From Blasia pusilla (lineage: Eukaryota): DNA of 64,000 nt. The position numbers were made by a program, and so were the translations under genes. Positions 14,091 to 28,842 of this stretch are shown here, piece after piece. The stretch covers positions 45,012,001 to 45,076,000 of the forward strand of contig CM114271.1 of the NCBI GenBank assembly GCA_050084515.1, in the 5' to 3' direction. Each line of letters opens with the position of its first letter. The stretch's first letter is position 1. Below the pieces are notes generated by a model, which was not told the origin of the DNA, searched no databases, and saw only the letters and a list, made by a program, of their open reading frames with translations.

Positions 14091-14239
14091 TAGCCATAAA
14101 TCTAGACTGGCATTAGTGATATAGATGGCAAGAAGATGATTAATAATAGGATAACATGAGCACTTGGCTTTTCTGCTCTTCGTATCATAAAGGTGTATGT
14201 TAAAGAAATTTGAGACATATGGCAATCTAGAGTTACAAG

Positions 14240-14589
14240 CAAGGTTGCACACGGAAAAAAGTCCCTGCTCGTGGACATGTCCATGCAAGCGCGTGTAACC
14301 TACGTCCTGCATCGGAGCCTCCCCCGCCAATAACATACACCCGCGCACGGCCAGCTTGCACCAAATCTAAGCACTCGTCGCTCATTTTGTAGCCCGCCCT
14401 AAGCCTGCATTGGCCCACGCAGGGTAGACTTCTGCGGGCTACATGCAAGCCAATTCTAGCCCATCTCCCTTATATCTGAGCCCGCTCCCGCATCTTCAGC
14501 CCACACAGGCCACTGGGGTACCGAAAAAACCTAGACGGAGGACCAATTGGGCATGGCCGAACGGACATGTCGGTTTTTGTGCAACCATA
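14240..14589. mobile_element. Non-autonomous hAT MITE
   Basis: TIR CAAGGTTGCACA ... TGTGCAACCATA. Perfect 8-bp TSD GTTACAAG at 14232-14239 and 14590-14597. Confidence 0.88.
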
Positions 14590-14848
14590 GTTACAAGGAC
14601 CTAACCATGAGCTAATAGGACGATTGAAGATATTTTAATACATACTCACCTCTATGTTACGACTTCATAATTGAATTGTATTTTGTGCACACAGATAGTG
14701 ACAATGTAACAATATGAAAATGTACGAGAATTGTCATACCTTTTGTAACGAAACAGAGAATATTCGCACAACACGCATGGGAAGAACAAACTTTGGGAAG
14801 GTTTGCCGAGGATGACATTTTAAGAATATGTGTTCTTTGTTTTTGACA

Positions 14849-14945
14849 CATTTAGAATTCATTTGAAAGAATTAATATTTTTGGTAAATTTCTTCAACTC
14901 ATTTAGAATTCATATGAAAATTAATATTTTTGGTAAATTTCTTTG
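14849..14945. repeat. Short tandem duplication (about 50-bp unit x2)
   Basis: CATTTAGAATTCAT.TGAAA..ATTAATATTTTTGGTAAATTTCTT occurs twice. Confidence 0.8.
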
Positions 14946-16014
14946 GTTAGATAGAACTCATATTCTATTTGTAGAACTTTTCAAGAAAAACATCTTTTAT
15001 CAAACCAAATCCCCTTACTTGGTTTGCTGTGAGAAAAACCGAAAGACACATATCTCTACTATGTTTAAGCTTTGATACATAATAGTCTTGTTTGGAGACC
15101 ATGATTGAATGTAGGGCATAGTGTTTTGGGTACGTGGAAGATGATACTGATGTGTATCACACTATAAGAGCATCTATTTTCAACAAAGAGTCTAGAAAAA
15201 GAAGTGTTCTTAAGACCCAACTCCAAGTTTCATGAAAATGAAGATAATGAAATGGAAACCATAGATTGAATTGCATTCAATCAACTCTTGATCGGTATGT
15301 AATACATGGCTTGCACTAATGTGGATGCATTACATACTATGAAGATGCATCACGATTGTGAAGGACATGGAAACATGTTTCCATAGAATGTTTCCCTTTC
15401 AACCTCTAATCCTGCTTTCAAAAATTTCGGAAGGAAAACAGAAATTGTTAGTGTTGTGGAAACATGTTTCCCCTGTCGTGAGCAAGATGGACATATTTCT
15501 GCCAGATGAAGCCGAACATATGTTTGCTAGTAATCTAGAAGTTAACCAATGCTGATTGTATATTTCCCAAGATGGTAAGATAGCACACCCATATCATGCA
15601 TTGACAGAGCGACCCATTGAAATTCCCGCAATTATGTCTTTTTATTACAAAAGCTTTCCGCTTTCAAGAACTCTATTTCAAAATGGAAGGGAGTCTTTCA
15701 CTAGAAACCCGCAACTACATGCTCAAAACTGTTGCAGAATGTCAATAAATATTCCAGGACCCACTTCCTACGGACAATCCCCACCTGGCGTCCGGTTCAC
15801 ATCCATTATGCCCACTACTGTCTGAAAGAGCCCAAACCGATTTCATTCTTAGTCAGTAGTTCTGGAAATGAATCCCAGAATCTGTGCCAGCGATGAACAT
15901 ATCAAGAACTTTGAAGGCTAAAACTGGCTGTGAAATCTTTGACCTCTTTCACCACGAAAGTTTGGATTCCACAGAGTGGCCATACAATATACAAGTTGTA
16001 AGATTATCCTTTCA

Positions 16015-19000
16015 TCAAAAAACCACAGCTGCCAGACAACTTCGCTTCCCCAAAGCACAATGTTGGACCGATTCCCACGATGAATTTTCCATGAACAACT
16101 GGATCTGCAGAAACAAGTTCAGCAATAAAAACAAAGTTTGAATTAAGAATCCACCATTTCTGGCACCAACTGTTACAGTCCAACCAAAAAACCAAAAAAA
16201 AACCCTCTAGTCAAACCGAGTCTGATGGACTAGTATGAGGGAATGATAATTACTGGTCAGACCAAGGAAACTGCATGAACATCATGAACCAGAATACCCA
16301 CTGAGCTCAAGGAAAAACATGACATCATCCTGTACATATCAACTTCCACAGAGGACAGATGACCATGCCTTTCCCCAAATATTCATGTCTTTCAAAACAG
16401 CGTTTATGAATTGGAGAAAAGGAGACCCCGGTCCAGTTAGTGAATCTATCATCTCCAACTTAGTTCACACTCTACCTGGAAGTACCGCTCAGACCCAGGG
16501 ATGGTTGAGGCTATTGACACTGGAATGAACAAAGTTAATCATTAATCATTAGTTGGCATAAACAGGATATGATGACAGAAGTCTCATGTGGTGTGCTGTC
16601 TTGGAGCTGCTGCTGATTCTTCCTGGACATTTGATATGAACTTTCTTTCGAAGATATCGTAGTGGACTAACACCTTCATGCTACAACACTTGAGCTTGAG
16701 GTTTGGGATCTAATGATTAGACAACTATATGCTTCAGTATTGTCATCAGGATCGTATCTATATTCTTCAGTCATGCTAGGAAGCTGTATGAGCAGCATGC
16801 CTCTAAAAGATGCAATTTCTATCCAAGATCCATGCAGAGTAACTTGCTGGTAGGGCTACTGTGCAAGAATCTGACATTACGAATACACTGTCTATACCTC
16901 TTCACAAAAGCAGCACCCTTGCCCTGCTGTAGTCACACATATTCAGCCCCAAGTTAGAAATCCACCTGATGACTAGAGTTGATATATAACCCTGGAACAC
17001 TACTTCCCAAAGTATATTGCTGCCAAGAGGCCTGCCATGGGGATCTCCAAGACACATAACCACCCTGCAAAATTACACAACTTTAAACACCACGTCCATG
17101 ACTACTGTCCCAGCTATGAATATACAACTCAAAATCAGACCTATCAACGTACAGGACGGGAATGACTCAAAGGAAATCATGAGGGAATGACTCCAACCCC
17201 TATCTCTTTCCCAGAAAACTACTAGATCTCACTAGTTCAAGGAACCAAAAGGCCCTCACAAAAAGAGCCAAAATGAAAAACTTGAAGTCTTTTGACATTA
17301 TGTGCAGATTACTGTTATTAGGAGGATGAAGCTGCCTGCTAAGTAGCCATGCAGCATAAACATAGTATAATACAATTAAGTATACACCACAGCAAGTCCA
17401 TAAGTCTTAAAAGTATCATGGTTGTGCGTGGGCACGGGGAGAGACTCCCTTTGCTCAAGCACCTGCACATTGTGCACACTTGCTCTTAAAATAAAGACTA
17501 ATAAAAGCTAATGTTTCCACAAATAGTGCGTACTATCCAGACTAACCTAAATATTTCAAGCACATACCCACTTCCCCATGTCCATTCACAGATATGATTG
17601 ACTGATGGAATTTCCACTGGTGTAACCGACTAACAGATGCTAGTGTTGGTCACTCCATTTTTAAGTATCAGTTCTTCATTTTACTACTACTATGACCCTT
17701 TACTGTGTGACAAAGAAAGAACATGAAAAGCTAGGATGACAATGGCTTGATGGCATGGTATTGGTCCCTGTGACACCAAGGCAATTGATGGCTTCATTTA
17801 CACAGCTAAGCAAGAGTCACCTACGTCCACACATAATATTGTCCCTCCTCTTAAGCTCGAGCAGCGAAAGAAAAGGCCCACAACACTCAGGATCTCACCT
17901 AAGCTCATTGACGAAACCCTGAGACTTCAATTTTGGGTTTATCACAACTCCCCAATTGAAGCAAGAAATGCACTTCTAGTACTTGAGGGGACGTAGAAAG
18001 CAATCAATGTGGAGAAGAACTCAGCACCACTCAAGTTAGTTTTCTAACATGTCCCAGCTACAATAATTCATGATGGCTACAACTCCAATCACCGTCACAC
18101 TCTGGGCCCTAGACTGTTCTCATGCATTCCATTCCTGCAGGTGCAGTAGCTGCTCATACCAGAACATGTGGCGAAGCCTTATCTATCAGTAGATGAAAAG
18201 GGGAAAGAAGTAACCTAACTCTCCTCAAACACAGGAAAAGCAGATGAAACCTAGTAATCAAGAGACTTGCTATAAGTTCAATATTTATCTAGTCCAACTA
18301 CTGTGATTTAAGAGATCATGTTTCCTTTCAGATATTCGTTTAAGGACATTCATTTTCTGCCCAAATATATCTCCGGAACAATTACATTCCATTATAAGAT
18401 CTTACATCCTCTCCATCTTTGCCAGCTTCATCTTCATGCAATCCATTCATTAAATTTGTGCTCCTTTGTTCCTGAATGGAGTCAGATCAACCATCCCTTC
18501 ACATAATTTGCTAACCAAATCTTACTGTAATTTGATTGCAAACAATAATTAACTCTGTATTTCTTCCTCTAGGTGCAGCCCTCTTAAGCACAAGAAGAGA
18601 TCTCGAATTTAGGTGAATTTAGATCAATTCTATCTATTAGTTCTGTGTTGGGCTCTCTTTGGACACCAAAATGTATGTAGACTGTTGACGTCCGGAAGAA
18701 CCCCAGGCTCTAATTACCAATACTGGCTTAGTATTGAAAGATTGACAGTGTGCTGAATTTACCCAGAGTGGATATCATAGACCTCCTAGAAAGAGAGTAC
18801 CATATATGTCATGTGCAAGAGAAATTCTCAAAAAACACTATCATCTCTTCAGTATTGTAGATAGAGGTCACCCAAAATAACTTATAAATATTCATAAAAC
18901 TGATCTCCTTAGGTGTAGGGGTGAATGTTTGGTGCAACTTTGTAATTCTGCCTTATGGCCCTTCTGGTCCCACAAGGGATTACCACACTATACACATCTT

Positions 19001-22000
19001 TTATCTTCAGTCAACACTTAGACCCATTTTTCAGTGAGGTCATCACAGTCCTCTTTCACAGCTTTTAGTACCAAGATCTTCCAGTGAACTTTTCCTAGAC
19101 AAAATCTTCACCAGAAGCTGGCTTTTTCCTTTCTTCTGCAAAACATATCTCCCAAATCTTATGACTTGCACTTTCGAGACAAAATCTTATTCCTCCCTGA
19201 GCATTTTTCCCTGCTTGAGGTAAAAGTATATGCTTTATGAATAAAGCCATAATCCCTGCATTCTAGTTGGACTTCTAATTGGAATAAGATGGCAAACTTC
19301 CAGCCCAATCCAATCACAAAAAGTTGAAAAGTCACTGGTGAACAGGAAATTTGTAACGACTGGCTCATTTTTTACACTGAACATATGAAACATTCATATC
19401 AAGATTCAGTTTCTATAGACAAGCACAACTCTTCCCGGACATCCGCAGACTGTGGGAAGAGACTAAGAGGTTTCACTAAGAGGGTACAGGAGCACTCACT
19501 CTCTCGTAGAAGAGTCCAGATCTGCTGGAGGTGTGAAAGTCAAGCTAATGTCCATCAATTATCTTTTGAGCTTTCATGGTGTAGCATGCACTTCTCTCAC
19601 AAATAACATTTCAAAATTGGAGGCTAACTAGGATAGTCGAAGGTAGAAGCAAGTTTAAGAAGATGTCTCAGATTTGCTAATATTGCTCAAATTAGACTGG
19701 GAAAACTTACAGGATCAACAGCTTCCTCTTCAGACAAGCCACCAATGTAGTAAAGAGCTTCACCAACAACTGCCGCTGCTCCATAGGCTCGAGGGCACCA
19801 CATATGTGGGCCCTGTAATTGCCAACAACAATCATTTTGTCAACAGACTGGGATGCCAGACGTAAATCAAACAATTTTCGTCTTTAGGAAAGAGTGGGTT
19901 TAACAATCAAGAAAGTTTATTGCAAACACTTACACCCTCACACATAAAAGCCAGATTCACGTCCCCTAACATGTGACTCCCTCACCAGAGGTAAAAAAAA
20001 AGTCTTTAACGAGCATAAATAAGATCCATCTCACTGTGACATAAAGGGTGTCATCAAGTGTCTGGTGTCAGCACGCAACCAAATTCCAATTACTGTGAAA
20101 AGGACACAAAGAGGCCCCATCCCTTTTGTGCACATGAAGGTCATACCATCTTAATTGACACAAGTAATTAGAGCTTACCGCATCCCAACGGCCTGCAATA
20201 GGATCAAACACTTCCATGGTATCTAGAATACCATCACCATCATAACCTCCAAGCGCATAACTGCAAAGATCTCTTTCATTATTGTTTGCATGACAATTGA
20301 AACGATTAACGCTGCTAGCAAAGAGTGAATACATAAGGAATAATATGGAATTATCTACGTACATTTTGCCATTTAGTACAGCGGCCGAGAGGCTACCACG
20401 TTTCACAGTCATTGAGGGCAATTTGCTCCACACAGCTTCACGGGGATCATATCGTTCTACAGACCTAGACAGCAAGAAAAATCAGTTTAGTACCCAAAGT
20501 TGCCCTTCATTGACCTAGATCTAGAACTACAGAACAATACTAATCAAGAAAAGATAGAAGGAACTGAGTGTTCTCTAAAGCTGGAAAACATCAAAGGAGA
20601 ATTGTGAGTGAGCATCTCAGTGAAGTGATCCTCCTGCGAGCAAGCAAAACTCATTTCCCACAACCCGTTTGACATCAGAAACAGTATGACAGGGAATACT
20701 GAACTCACATTAAATACTGCTCACCATCAAAGCCTCCTAGTGCGTACATGGCTCCTGCCAGTTCAGTTGCTGCAACACAGAATCGCTAAACACCATACGA
20801 ACATTCATTAGTTTATTTGACAATCTTCACCTGTACGACACAGAGAATACTGATGGGAGGTAACCCAAGAATATTCTTGGAATTGTTCACATTACATTTA
20901 GACAGTAAGGAGCTCTTAGGGAAAGTAAGAACCCTGGAAACAAGGCTGAAAAATGTAAGGGGTCAACCAACCTTTTCCAGCATAGAAGCACAAGGTAACC
21001 ATACTCCAAGGTAAGGATCAAATGCTTCCACCTCCGAAAAGCTTACGAGCCCATTCCCACCTCCAACTGCAAATATTCTATCTCCCACAGTCACTCCACC
21101 TAAGCTTCCACGTTGTATCTTCATGGATGCACAAGATATCCATTGGTCAGCTCTTCGATCATATTTCTCAACTGCAGGCATAAATGCAACAAGAGTCAAA
21201 GAATACAACAATTTAAAAAGTTGGATTTGAACCGAGGATTGTATTAACAGAAAGAAGAGCTATCTCTGACAAAACTACACCAAATAATATAGACGACCCT
21301 CACTTAACATTGTCAAATCCAATTTTCTAACATGAAGAGTACAAGTACATCAAAATGACTCTACTCAACATGATGTACTCACCCGTATCATACCAAGAAC
21401 TGCCATCTCCTCCTCCAAAGACATATATGTGCTCCCCTAAGACACTGGCACCAGCACAGCAGCGTGGGGTGAGCATTGGTGCTGCAGCTCTGAGTGTGTC
21501 AGTGAGTGGACTCCAAACCATGACACTCTCAAGCCTAGAGAGCTGATCACCCAATCCACCAATCAGATAAATATCTGGAAGACTTTGACAATTAGGAGAA
21601 TAACTGCGCTCCGATGCATTCGATGCAATTTGATGTAAGCAGTGGACGCTCTTCTGAGCCACCGACTCCCCTTCTTGACCATGAATATGAGCTACCCGCT
21701 CCCTCAAAGCCTTGATTTCAGCAGCCATGGAAATCTGCAACAACCCAGAGATTGCGTCAAAGGAACTACAGCAGAGAGAATTGGATCTTGATGACCCACC
21801 AAATGCCACATGAAAGAATAATCCACAAAATGGCACACTGAGCAATAGGAAAGACATTGCTTGGGTTGGAGAAACACAGAATGAGAGGGCCTACCTGGGA
21901 GTTTTCATAGCCAGCCACAGTGGACTTCATCTGTTGAAATTCATCTCTTTGTGCTCTTGCTTCATCTAGAAGACGCCTCAAGTCCATGCCATCTTGGCGT

Positions 22001-25000
22001 ATCTTCAGCAGCATACACAATAAACTAGGCGTTTAGAAACCGATAACCACAATGCAACCATCAAAACTTTGACATTCCAAGGCTTCGGACTACCTTAGAC
22101 TCAGTGTATACCTGGGCTATAGCTGAGGCATAGAGTTCTAAATTCTTCGAAACTGTCAATGCGACTGCAGTGTCAAGGCTGCGAAGAGTGACTTCAATCA
22201 AGTCCCGTTCCTCCTTAAGGATGGCCTGTTCTTCATCACATCTTTCCATTTCAAGCCTTTCCCACTCAGGACTGCTTTGCCTTGCATCTGATGGAACACA
22301 CTCTTTGTCTTCCACAGGGGACACTTGCTGCAGTTTAGCTTGTACTCTCTCTGGTTCATCTCCAACAACTGTCATATCCTTCAGCCTTTCTAAGACCCTT
22401 TGCATTTCATTCCTCTGCACTTCAGTCAAACCATCTTCTTCAACTGCTCTGCTCTTCTGACTCTTGTTTGAAGTTGAGGGCTCCAAATCGGCTACTTTTG
22501 CCCCACGACCATTATTCCCCTTAAGTTGGGCAGCATAATCCACCAACTTTTCCACTTTCGCAATTGGGGATGCTGAATACCAATTACTCTTCACATTAAT
22601 ACCCTGGACCGACTCAGCCTTCTCCACCTTAACATCTAAGTGTCGCTGTTTAGCTGGTTCTATGGTTCTCTCCACAACTTTACCACGTGCTTGAGAGGCA
22701 TCTTCACTGACATCTGATTCACATTCATCATCTCGACTTGATTTAGAGCTCCACAACGACTGGTGATAACCATCCTCTAGATTGGCTTCCTTTGAAGAGG
22801 AAGGATTGTACTGTGCCCCTTTTCCCCATTCAGACATGACAACAGTGGCAGGCTTCTTTTGCTTCATTTTCTCATCTATCTCTGACTTTTTCCAAAACTT
22901 GTTAGAGGTTACAGTTTGCCATGAATTGCTTGTACTGGTGGAACATTTCGATGCGAGTGGCACCTGCCTAGAAGAGTTTCCAGCAACTCTTTCAAACATC
23001 CTGATTAGCCTCTCTGTTTGCTCATGGTCCAATTCAAAAACGAAGTGTGTGGGTGAGTAATAGTTATCAGTGATAATCTCTCTGAATGTAACCTCTGGCA
23101 CAGACACAATCCTTGTGAAATCTGACCGCAGTTGAACACGAACCTGCAGAAAGACGAAACAAATGATAGACCCATAATTGCACCCTTTCAATTCTCAAGT
23201 ATCTCTCATCAAATAGATAGAACTCAAGGGTCCACCCTATAAATTAGCTAATCCCAAAGAAACACAGTTTCAGGAACATTCGTGCATCCATCATAGGGAG
23301 AGTAGGCATCTCCAAGAAGCACAAACTTGATAGTGCAGACAGCACTCATAAAGGCATTTGAAACACATACTAGCAGAGATTCTTGGGAGGACTGAGAGGA
23401 CTTGTGGTTGTAAATGTGTGGTTACCAGCCATGTGAAACCTAATTTTGAAGAAACTGGTACTAGAATTCTCAATCATTCTTGTGCATGAGATATAAGCAA
23501 TAAGATCCATCTCTCTATGGGTCAAGCGACATGAAAAACGCCTCCCAAACAACAAAAGAAATCACAAGTTGTGTCATGCAATACCAAGAAAGAGGTACGG
23601 TGATATATTGACCTTTTTCAAACAGACTTGAACTAACACTTGATCACAATCAGGAGCCATTATACTGATAACCCATTGCTAGGGTTCCCACTTCCACTGA
23701 TGAACCACAAGCTTTACTTGGGATCTCATCTGGACTTTCAGGAAATCCCAATCTGGGTCAACTTTATTCCATGCATTGACAAGAAAATCCTGGCTAAGAA
23801 TAAGCATCTCATCGTGTACACTAAGAGATTACTTTGAGGGTAATTGGCCCTTTGTTAGGGCCTAATATTAAGCCACAAACTCACAGTTCTCCATTCAACT
23901 CTTTACGGCCTCTAAAGCAAGTGCTGTTTTCGGTCCGCTTCATACAACCCATCCGTGTGGACTCCACTCACCATTCACCATATCTTCTCGTAAGTGTGAT
24001 AGTTCTTCGCCTGTGAAAGGGGAAGAACTTTGCACTTTGGACTTGGGTACTAATAGTCTGAATTTGGGAGAGTTTGTCGTACCCTTGAGACTACAAGTCT
24101 CATCCTGAATCAAAAGCAGCATTTTGATGGATAGGGTATAACCTAATCCCTCAAAAGAATTAATCCACTGGCATAGTCTACACTCCGAACATCCTACTGC
24201 CGGGACATACAGATTCATAATGATGGAGAAGTTCATCCAAAATGACAGAAAATAAACTCATCAGCTAATTGGCCATTACACTTGTGGTCAACAGAATCAG
24301 AGTTTGACTAATGATCAGGGTTTGATGGTGACTTTAAGAACAGATTCCTCCACTTTGTCCATAATACTTTTTCTGTTGTCTACAAACCACTGAGTATGAC
24401 TGTGGCCTTCTTTAAGCTCAGTAGGTGAACACATAGACCACATTGAGAATCTATTCAGCAAGAACAAATAAAAACCCAGGGTTTGAATAATACAGGTAAA
24501 GTTGTTATGGATGTGGATATCAGGAAGAGTCTCTACTAGAGACTGCATAGGCCCACACGCACACAGGTTCAGCCTTCCTTTGTCTGTGACGAGCAGTTCT
24601 TTACTCAGTCAAATGCTAATGCCTATAGAAAAAGAAGAATGGATATCCTACCTTTCCGTTCCACTAGCAATATTCAGAGCATTTGGCCACCAGGATGGAC
24701 ACATGCTTTCGCCCTGCATACTTACAGACTAGGTGGCGGATGCCAGATGAACTGCAAAGTTCACATGATAATTCAAGAGTTTCATTGATGCGTAAAGAGA
24801 ACAGAGGTTCACAAACCTGTAGAAGGGGAATCAGCTACGGGGAACCTGTAAAGTTTCCTCACTTTCATCAACCTCCTCTTGGAGATAGACAAGGGTGGTA
24901 CTTCTCCCTGGCTGTGTGTGGCACATCGAGCAGCAATTGGGACCACCCCTCGGAGGCATTAGACAGGAATTGGAGGATGAATCCAACATCCCTTCGGCCA

Positions 25001-27390
25001 GTTGTTTGCACCCCCAGATTGAGAGAATTTCATGAAGAAGAGGCACTGTACAATAGCCTCTCTAGACTACAACATCGATGCTGGCCTAAATACGGTAGTG
25101 AAGCATTCCGTTTTTCTGCATATGATCAACCTTCTGGATTACATCCGTTATGCTTGCAGATGCAAACAAGTTATTAGCCGTCAACTGTTCAGGCAGGATG
25201 CAATTCTTGAGACAACCAGGGCATTTTCCATACATGCCAGACTTGCAGAGGGAGGGACTTTTTCTTTGCTACTCGGCAGTTCAAAGGGCATAGAGCCAAG
25301 AGGGCGTGGTCGTACATTACCCTTCAGGACAAAAATGAAAACGGAAAGCCTTGGAAGAAGGTTCCAGAGCCACGAAATTAAGTCTCACAAGACAAGCTAA
25401 GTCTCGATAGCGAAGGTCAAGAAAACTCAGATGCCAGGGATCCTTATTGTACACACTGTCCAGCTCACACCTTAAGTAGCAGAAATGAAACATCAAATAA
25501 CTCCAATGGTTCTTCCAGAAACCACCCATCATGATTAGCGATCTAATCTCTCCTCATTCAGGTGTGTAGACGTCAAAAAAGATATTTGCTTACAGGGGCC
25601 CACTTTGAAAGTAAGTTCTCTGCAAGCTCTATTCCTTGGAAGTGGTTTAGAAGCCAGCTCAGGGTGTATCCCATACCTGACTGGAGTTAAGGATGAATTT
25701 TCCGCTTGAGAGAACTCTGCTCACTTCCTTTTGCATTGCAAGAGATTCTCGGCCAATAGTTAAAAGCTTCTTCATCACACTGCCAAAAACGTGACTGCTG
25801 GACTGTTCTGTCGCTTGAATAGCTTATAGAAGAGGTCTGAGATTGTAACATCGATGGTGTTGACTCTTACAGAAGGCTTTCGTGGAGAAATCCTGGAAGG
25901 CCCAAACCATACGATGTTTGGTAAGTCTCCTCACCATATGAGTGTGTTTACCACTCAGACAGTTTCTCCCTTCCTGTCTGTATCTTAATGCACCGTCCAT
26001 ATCAGTTATGGGGTAAAGAGGTGGGTCACCTGGTGGGTCACTACAATTGAGTGCCATCTATTTGTTCCACATTCGGAAACTGGGATCAAAACCAAACGAG
26101 AAATTCTGAGAAGGTCAGGTCGTCATATCCAGATCATCTTCATCCGTAAATGTGTCAATTATCAGGGCCAATTTGACCGAATCGCAGGCCAATGTGACAC
26201 CTGAAAGAGTGGACCTACTTATGATATGAATCTCTACAGAAACAACATGCCTCATTTTTCACGATGGCAAGCTGTAGAGACCAAGACCCAGAACTCTCCG
26301 CTTGACAGAAAACACGCAACTGCTTAAAGAAATCCCTCTGCCCAAACTGCCGTCCGCAGGTGAGAAAATATTTTTGATAAGATCGATCAGTAACCATAGA
26401 CCATCCTGGGGTGCGCAGATGTTCTAAATAGGAGAAACCTACTGGCAATACTCGTTCGTTGGATTAATATTGGTATTGACCAAGTAAAATTCTGGGCTGG
26501 TTGTTTGAATTGACGACTGGCTAGGCTTGTTTCTGTTCATCCCTTAGCCTCTCTTGGTCCCGTTGGGGTAGGAGTTTGATAATGAATTCAGCAAAGAACA
26601 CAACGAGCAGCGTGATGAGCTCGAGTCCAAGACAGACTCAGCGCATACGCAGGCAGGATAAGGGGACTCCGTACGTGCCTTCGCTTGTTAAGGCTACGTG
26701 GGGTTACAGTGCAGTCAATGATTCAAACATTCACGCAACACGTGTAGCGTAGAACCGGTAAGCAGAAGTTTTCCGTCATGAGAGGAGAGAGCGTACCTGT
26801 GCAGGATATTGTGTTCGAGCCCCAGAATCGGAACCTGTCCATGCGTATGGATTAATATTCAGCGCTCCTTCAGAGACAGCTTCGAAGATTCCATGCATTT
26901 TTCGGTCCACATAATTGAAAAGAAACAAGGGCATCCCGGGATCGATATGGTCCACGTATGTGTGATGAGAATACGGTAACCCTGCGATACCGAAAATCAG
27001 CCTCTCGATCTTACAATATTGAGATTTTTCTCCGTAGCATTGTTAAGCAGGTTAATCGAAGCCAAAAGAGCACTTACAGGAGCCAAACCGATGGACGAAT
27101 TCTCCAAGTTTTTGCCTGACCCTTCATACGTTCTCCTATAGAAATCGATCGACGGAACACTAGCCACTCCTACTAAAGCTTGAAAATGGAGATTCCTGTT
27201 CAGGACAAGTACCGAAAAGTTTATTTGTTACGCATTCATTGTAGGTGGAGCTGGTGCAACCAAAGATGACCGATCCCAGTTTCGAACGCTCCGCCAATTT
27301 GCGCTGCTGGGCCACTTTCACGGGACCGCCACCGAGTCCCGGCGTATGCCCGTTGTAATTGAACGTCTCTGTCCGCCTTCCCGCCCCCAT
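16015..27390 (-). CDS. DCD (development and cell death) domain + C-terminal Kelch-repeat protein, about 835 aa, 11 exons
   Basis: Exons 27390-27213, 26981-26797, 23143-22112, 22002-21895, 21734-21383, 21171-20972, 20785-20709, 20464-20363, 20260-20179, 19812-19711, 16104-16015. All are GT-AG and frame-consistent (2508 nt). DCD motifs: LGSVIFGCT..TYNEC...LFGLP, PGMPLFLFNY.DRKMHGIFEA, YPAQVR, FVFEL. Kelch repeats: IYLIGG, IYVFGG, IFAVGG, MYALGG, IYALGG, LYYIGG. The C-terminus is GKRSCLAAVVF*. Confidence 0.9.
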
Positions 27391-28842
27391 TTGATTCCTT
27401 CCCAACTCTACTCACACGTGCCGATGTCACTCAGTTCCCAATCTTCATATCCACAATTTTGCATGCCAGAATCTAGCTACGTTGACGACGTCAAGTGTGT
27501 CGACGATGCCCTGGGGCAATTCAATGCAAAGTTCGGCCCATTTCTCTCGCTTCGAATTCACCTCCCCGACTTCGCAAAACCATCCTGCGAGTCAAATGAA
27601 CCGCCCGGATGAGGTAATAAGAAAACAAGACACGTGAAATGTCACTCGGGACCGGAGACGCTGACGATAACCATGTCTTATCTCGACCTATTTCTCAGAA
27701 ACAAATAAGTGTCGACGCGTCACCAACAAGAACAAAAACAGAAGAAACTCCTCCCAAGGCCACACTTCTGGATGCTCCTACCACATCATAATCCCTCCAC
27801 CTTCCCACCACAGCTGACTATTAATCAAAATACTCAGATCCAAAAGCTCGCAATTCCTTCGGTGAGCGCGTCCCGACGACAAGCATTTCAGAAAGACGCC
27901 GCGCGTCAATTACAGACGAAACTGCACACGGATGCCGGCACATGAAACTCGGTATCCACCCGCAGTGCACTGATGAAAACTTCGAATCGCTCGACTGAGA
28001 CAATACTATACGTAGAGATCACCTCTACAGGATAAACGATCACACACCGCCTTCAGCAAATTTCTTCTCTTCCACTCGTCTTTAATGAAAGGACGTGGTT
28101 CCCTTCCGCTTCAACCGCCACAAGCTCAAAAAAAGAGCGCCACCACTAGCACTACAGCAAGCGAAAAGCCACGCAGACACGCTGCGAATTCCTCCACAGC
28201 GTCATCAGTTCGTTCCTCCTTCCATTAACCCGCCGTCTTGTGTAAGCCTGGGAGGACAACAAACGACGGAGACGACGACAAGCGGAATTGGTGGGGCCGC
28301 CGAATACAACAACAATCGAGGGAGCCCAATGGAACGCAAGGCAAAGGCGCGCGGGGGCACGATGACATGGCATTCCCCGCGTAAAAGAGCCACGTCATCC
28401 CCGCATAACGATCCGTTACTGTTTGCATGGAATCGAGGGACGGGGCTCACGGCGGAGCAGGAAGGACGGACGGACGGACGGACGGGACGAGAAAATGCCG
28501 GACGAGATCATATTAGGGCTATTCAGCCCCACCCTTTAATGAAGAAGTCCGGTCATGTACGGAACCGCCGTCAAATGGGTTTCCTATAAAAATATATAAT
28601 TCTTATTAAATGATTTCCATTTGATGTGATATCATAAAGAGGATAGGATGTTATTTATGATGTTAATATTAATTTAATGCTTGAAAATTTTCCAATTTCC
28701 ATATGGACATAGAAACTCCTTCCTCCAAAAGGAAATCGTGTAACCATAGAGTCCATGAGTGGTCCGGATTTGTCGACAGATTTGAGTAGCCCTATTTCTT
28801 TGAAAACCAGTGTGCGGCCTTGAGAGGGGGGAAATCTAGATT

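Noticed and set aside
16441-16530. Candidate last Kelch exon (..QTQGWLRLL..)
   Set aside because: It is on the wrong strand. A better minus-strand terminal exon with a proper acceptor lies at 16104-16015.
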